From the IMG/VR virus record IMGVR_UViG_3300025889_000102: 64,000 nt of DNA. The stretch is one strand, 5' to 3'. The position numbers and the translations under genes were made by a program. Below are positions 62,639 through 64,000 of this stretch, piece after piece. The stretch comes from an uncultured virus (IMG/VR IMGVR_UViG_3300025889_000102). Lineage: Duplodnaviria; Heunggongvirae; Uroviricota; Caudoviricetes. The number at the start of each line of letters is the position of its first letter. The stretch's first letter is position 1. Below the pieces are notes generated by a model, which worked only from the letters and a program-made list of their open reading frames with translations, made no database searches and was not told the origin of the DNA.

Positions 62639-64000
62639 TGAGTTACGAAACACAAAGAATTAAAGATATAAAAGTAATAGTAGAACAACAGGCTACTCCC
62701 ACTTTTTGTCTGGCTAAATGGCATCATGTGACGATGTATCTACAGTCAGGTGAGACGCACTCATGCTATCATCCCAGACCTCACAAGATACCCTTGAGTG
62801 AGTTACAAGATAATCCATCTGCGCTACACAACACTAACGAAAAGAAACTAGAACGCAAGATGATGTTAGAGGGTAAGAAACCTGAAGGATGTCAATACTG
62901 CTGGAACATAGAAGCACTGGGACCTGACTATATCTCGGATAGGCATATACGTAATGCATCTATTTTTACTGATGAAAGATTTGAACAAACTGCTAAGGGA
63001 CCGTGGGATCAAAACATAAATCCAGAGTATCTAGAGATCAATTTCGGCAATGAATGTAATTTCAAGTGCGGATATTGTCATCCAAAATATTCTACTAGAT
63101 TCTATCAAGAGATCAAAGATAACGGCCCAGTAGAGTCTGTAAAAAATCATAGATGCGACATAGATTGGATGAAGTTATATCAGAGAGAAGAAGAAAATCC
63201 ATATGTAGACGCTTTCTGGAAATGGTGGCCTGAACTGCGTAAAACTCTGAATATCATGCGAGTAACAGGTGGCGAACCCACTATGCACAAGAGTACTTGG
63301 CAGTTGTTAGATGAATTAGAAAAAGAGCCTATGCCTTGGCTAGAATTAAACGTGAATAGTAACTTAGGTACTAAAAGTGCTTTGATAGAACGTTTAAGCG
63401 AAAAGGTAAAAGACTTAGTTGACTTCAGAAGCATCAAGAGTTTCAAACTTTTTACTAGTATGGACACCTGGGGACCTCGCGCAGAGTATATAAGAACTGG
63501 CTTAGACTTAGAATTATGGGAAAAGAATTTTCATACCTACTTGACTAAAACAAACAGTCCCATAACCTTTATGATTACTTTTAATATCTTCTCGGTTACT
63601 TCGTTCCAGTCGCTACTAGAAAAAATGTTAGAATGGAGAAGTATGTACAATTGGTACGATCATCCTGATAATCCTCAGCATAGGGTAAGATTTGATACAC
63701 CGTATCTAAGAGAGCCAATACAATACGATATCAATATCTTACCCAAAGATGAATACATGCCCTATATGTATAAGACTCTAGAATTCATGAAAGATAATGT
63801 AGATGATAAGTCTAGCAAGAAATTTAGTACTATTGAGTATGAGAAATTTAAAAGAGTTGTAGACTATATGGCTGAAACAGTATATCCAGAAGAAAAATTA
63901 ATAGAGGGAAGACGAGATTTCTATAACTGGTTCAATGAACTAGATGAACGCAGGGGAACAGATATGTTATCTGTATATCCTGAGATGTTAAATTTTTATA
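62638..64000 (+). CDS. radical SAM protein with N-terminal Cys-rich (SPASM/twitch-like) region; runs off the window end
   Basis: Manual translation from ATG 62638 (TAATG overlap): FCLAKWHH...SCYHP...GCQYCW...FGNECNFKCGYC (CxxxCxxC)...VTGGEP...NSN. Absent from the ORF track because the frame has no stop in the window. Confidence 0.9.
   Translation, partial: MSYETQRIKDIKVIVEQQATPTFCLAKWHHVTMYLQSGETHSCYHPRPHKIPLSELQDNPSALHNTNEKKLERKMMLEGKKPEGCQYCWNIEALGPDYISDRHIRNASIFTDERFEQTAKGPWDQNINPEYLEINFGNECNFKCGYCHPKYSTRFYQEIKDNGPVESVKNHRCDIDWMKLYQREEENPYVDAFWKWWPELRKTLNIMRVTGGEPTMHKSTWQLLDELEKEPMPWLELNVNSNLGTKSALIERLSEKVKDLVDFRSIKSFKLFTSMDTWGPRAEYIRTGLDLELWEKNFHTYLTKTNSPITFMITFNIFSVTSFQSLLEKMLEWRSMYNWYDHPDNPQHRVRFDTPYLREPIQYDINILPKDEYMPYMYKTLEFMKDNVDDKSSKKFSTIEYEKFKRVVDYMAETVYPEEKLIEGRRDFYNWFNELDERRGTDMLSVYPEMLNFY

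Noticed and set aside
63180..63467. 95-aa minus-strand ORF
   Set aside because: Antisense to the radical SAM gene, which has clear catalytic motifs.
1..64000. Stop-codon reassignment, as in some large phages
   Set aside because: Core genes are full length and densely packed under the standard code; TAA, TGA and TAG all occur at plausible gene ends.

Overview
This 64 kb window is an AT-rich segment of a large T4-like myovirus genome, read with the standard genetic code. The left part (minus strand) holds the start of nrdA at the window edge, two paralogous fibre-like virion proteins, and a head module: major capsid, scaffold, prohead protease, acidic core protein and portal. A tape-measure-like gene with a C-terminal zinc peptidase domain precedes the portal. 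The middle has a divergent gp26-like tail/baseplate chaperone, a 420-nt non-coding island rich in hairpins, and a sigma70-type-promoter operon: late sigma gp55, gp47, an inserted gene, gp46 and a Holliday junction resolvase. The right part (plus strand) is a baseplate module with gp48/54-, gp53-, gp27-, gp5-, gp25- and gp6-like genes and a 6,763-aa giant protein. It is followed by fibre/structural genes, a glycosyltransferase-like cluster and a radical SAM gene that runs off the window. The strongest unannotated signals are three. First, a well-formed -1 ribosomal frameshift cassette (T_TTT_TTC, 6-nt spacer, 11-bp stem) would fuse the gp26-like ORF to an unannotated 76-codon frame, like lambda G/G-T. 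Second, a candidate large structured ncRNA at 18849-19268 that I cannot assign to a known class. Third, Russian-doll nested domain insertions inside the giant protein. All protein calls come from motif recognition and gene order only; no searches were run.
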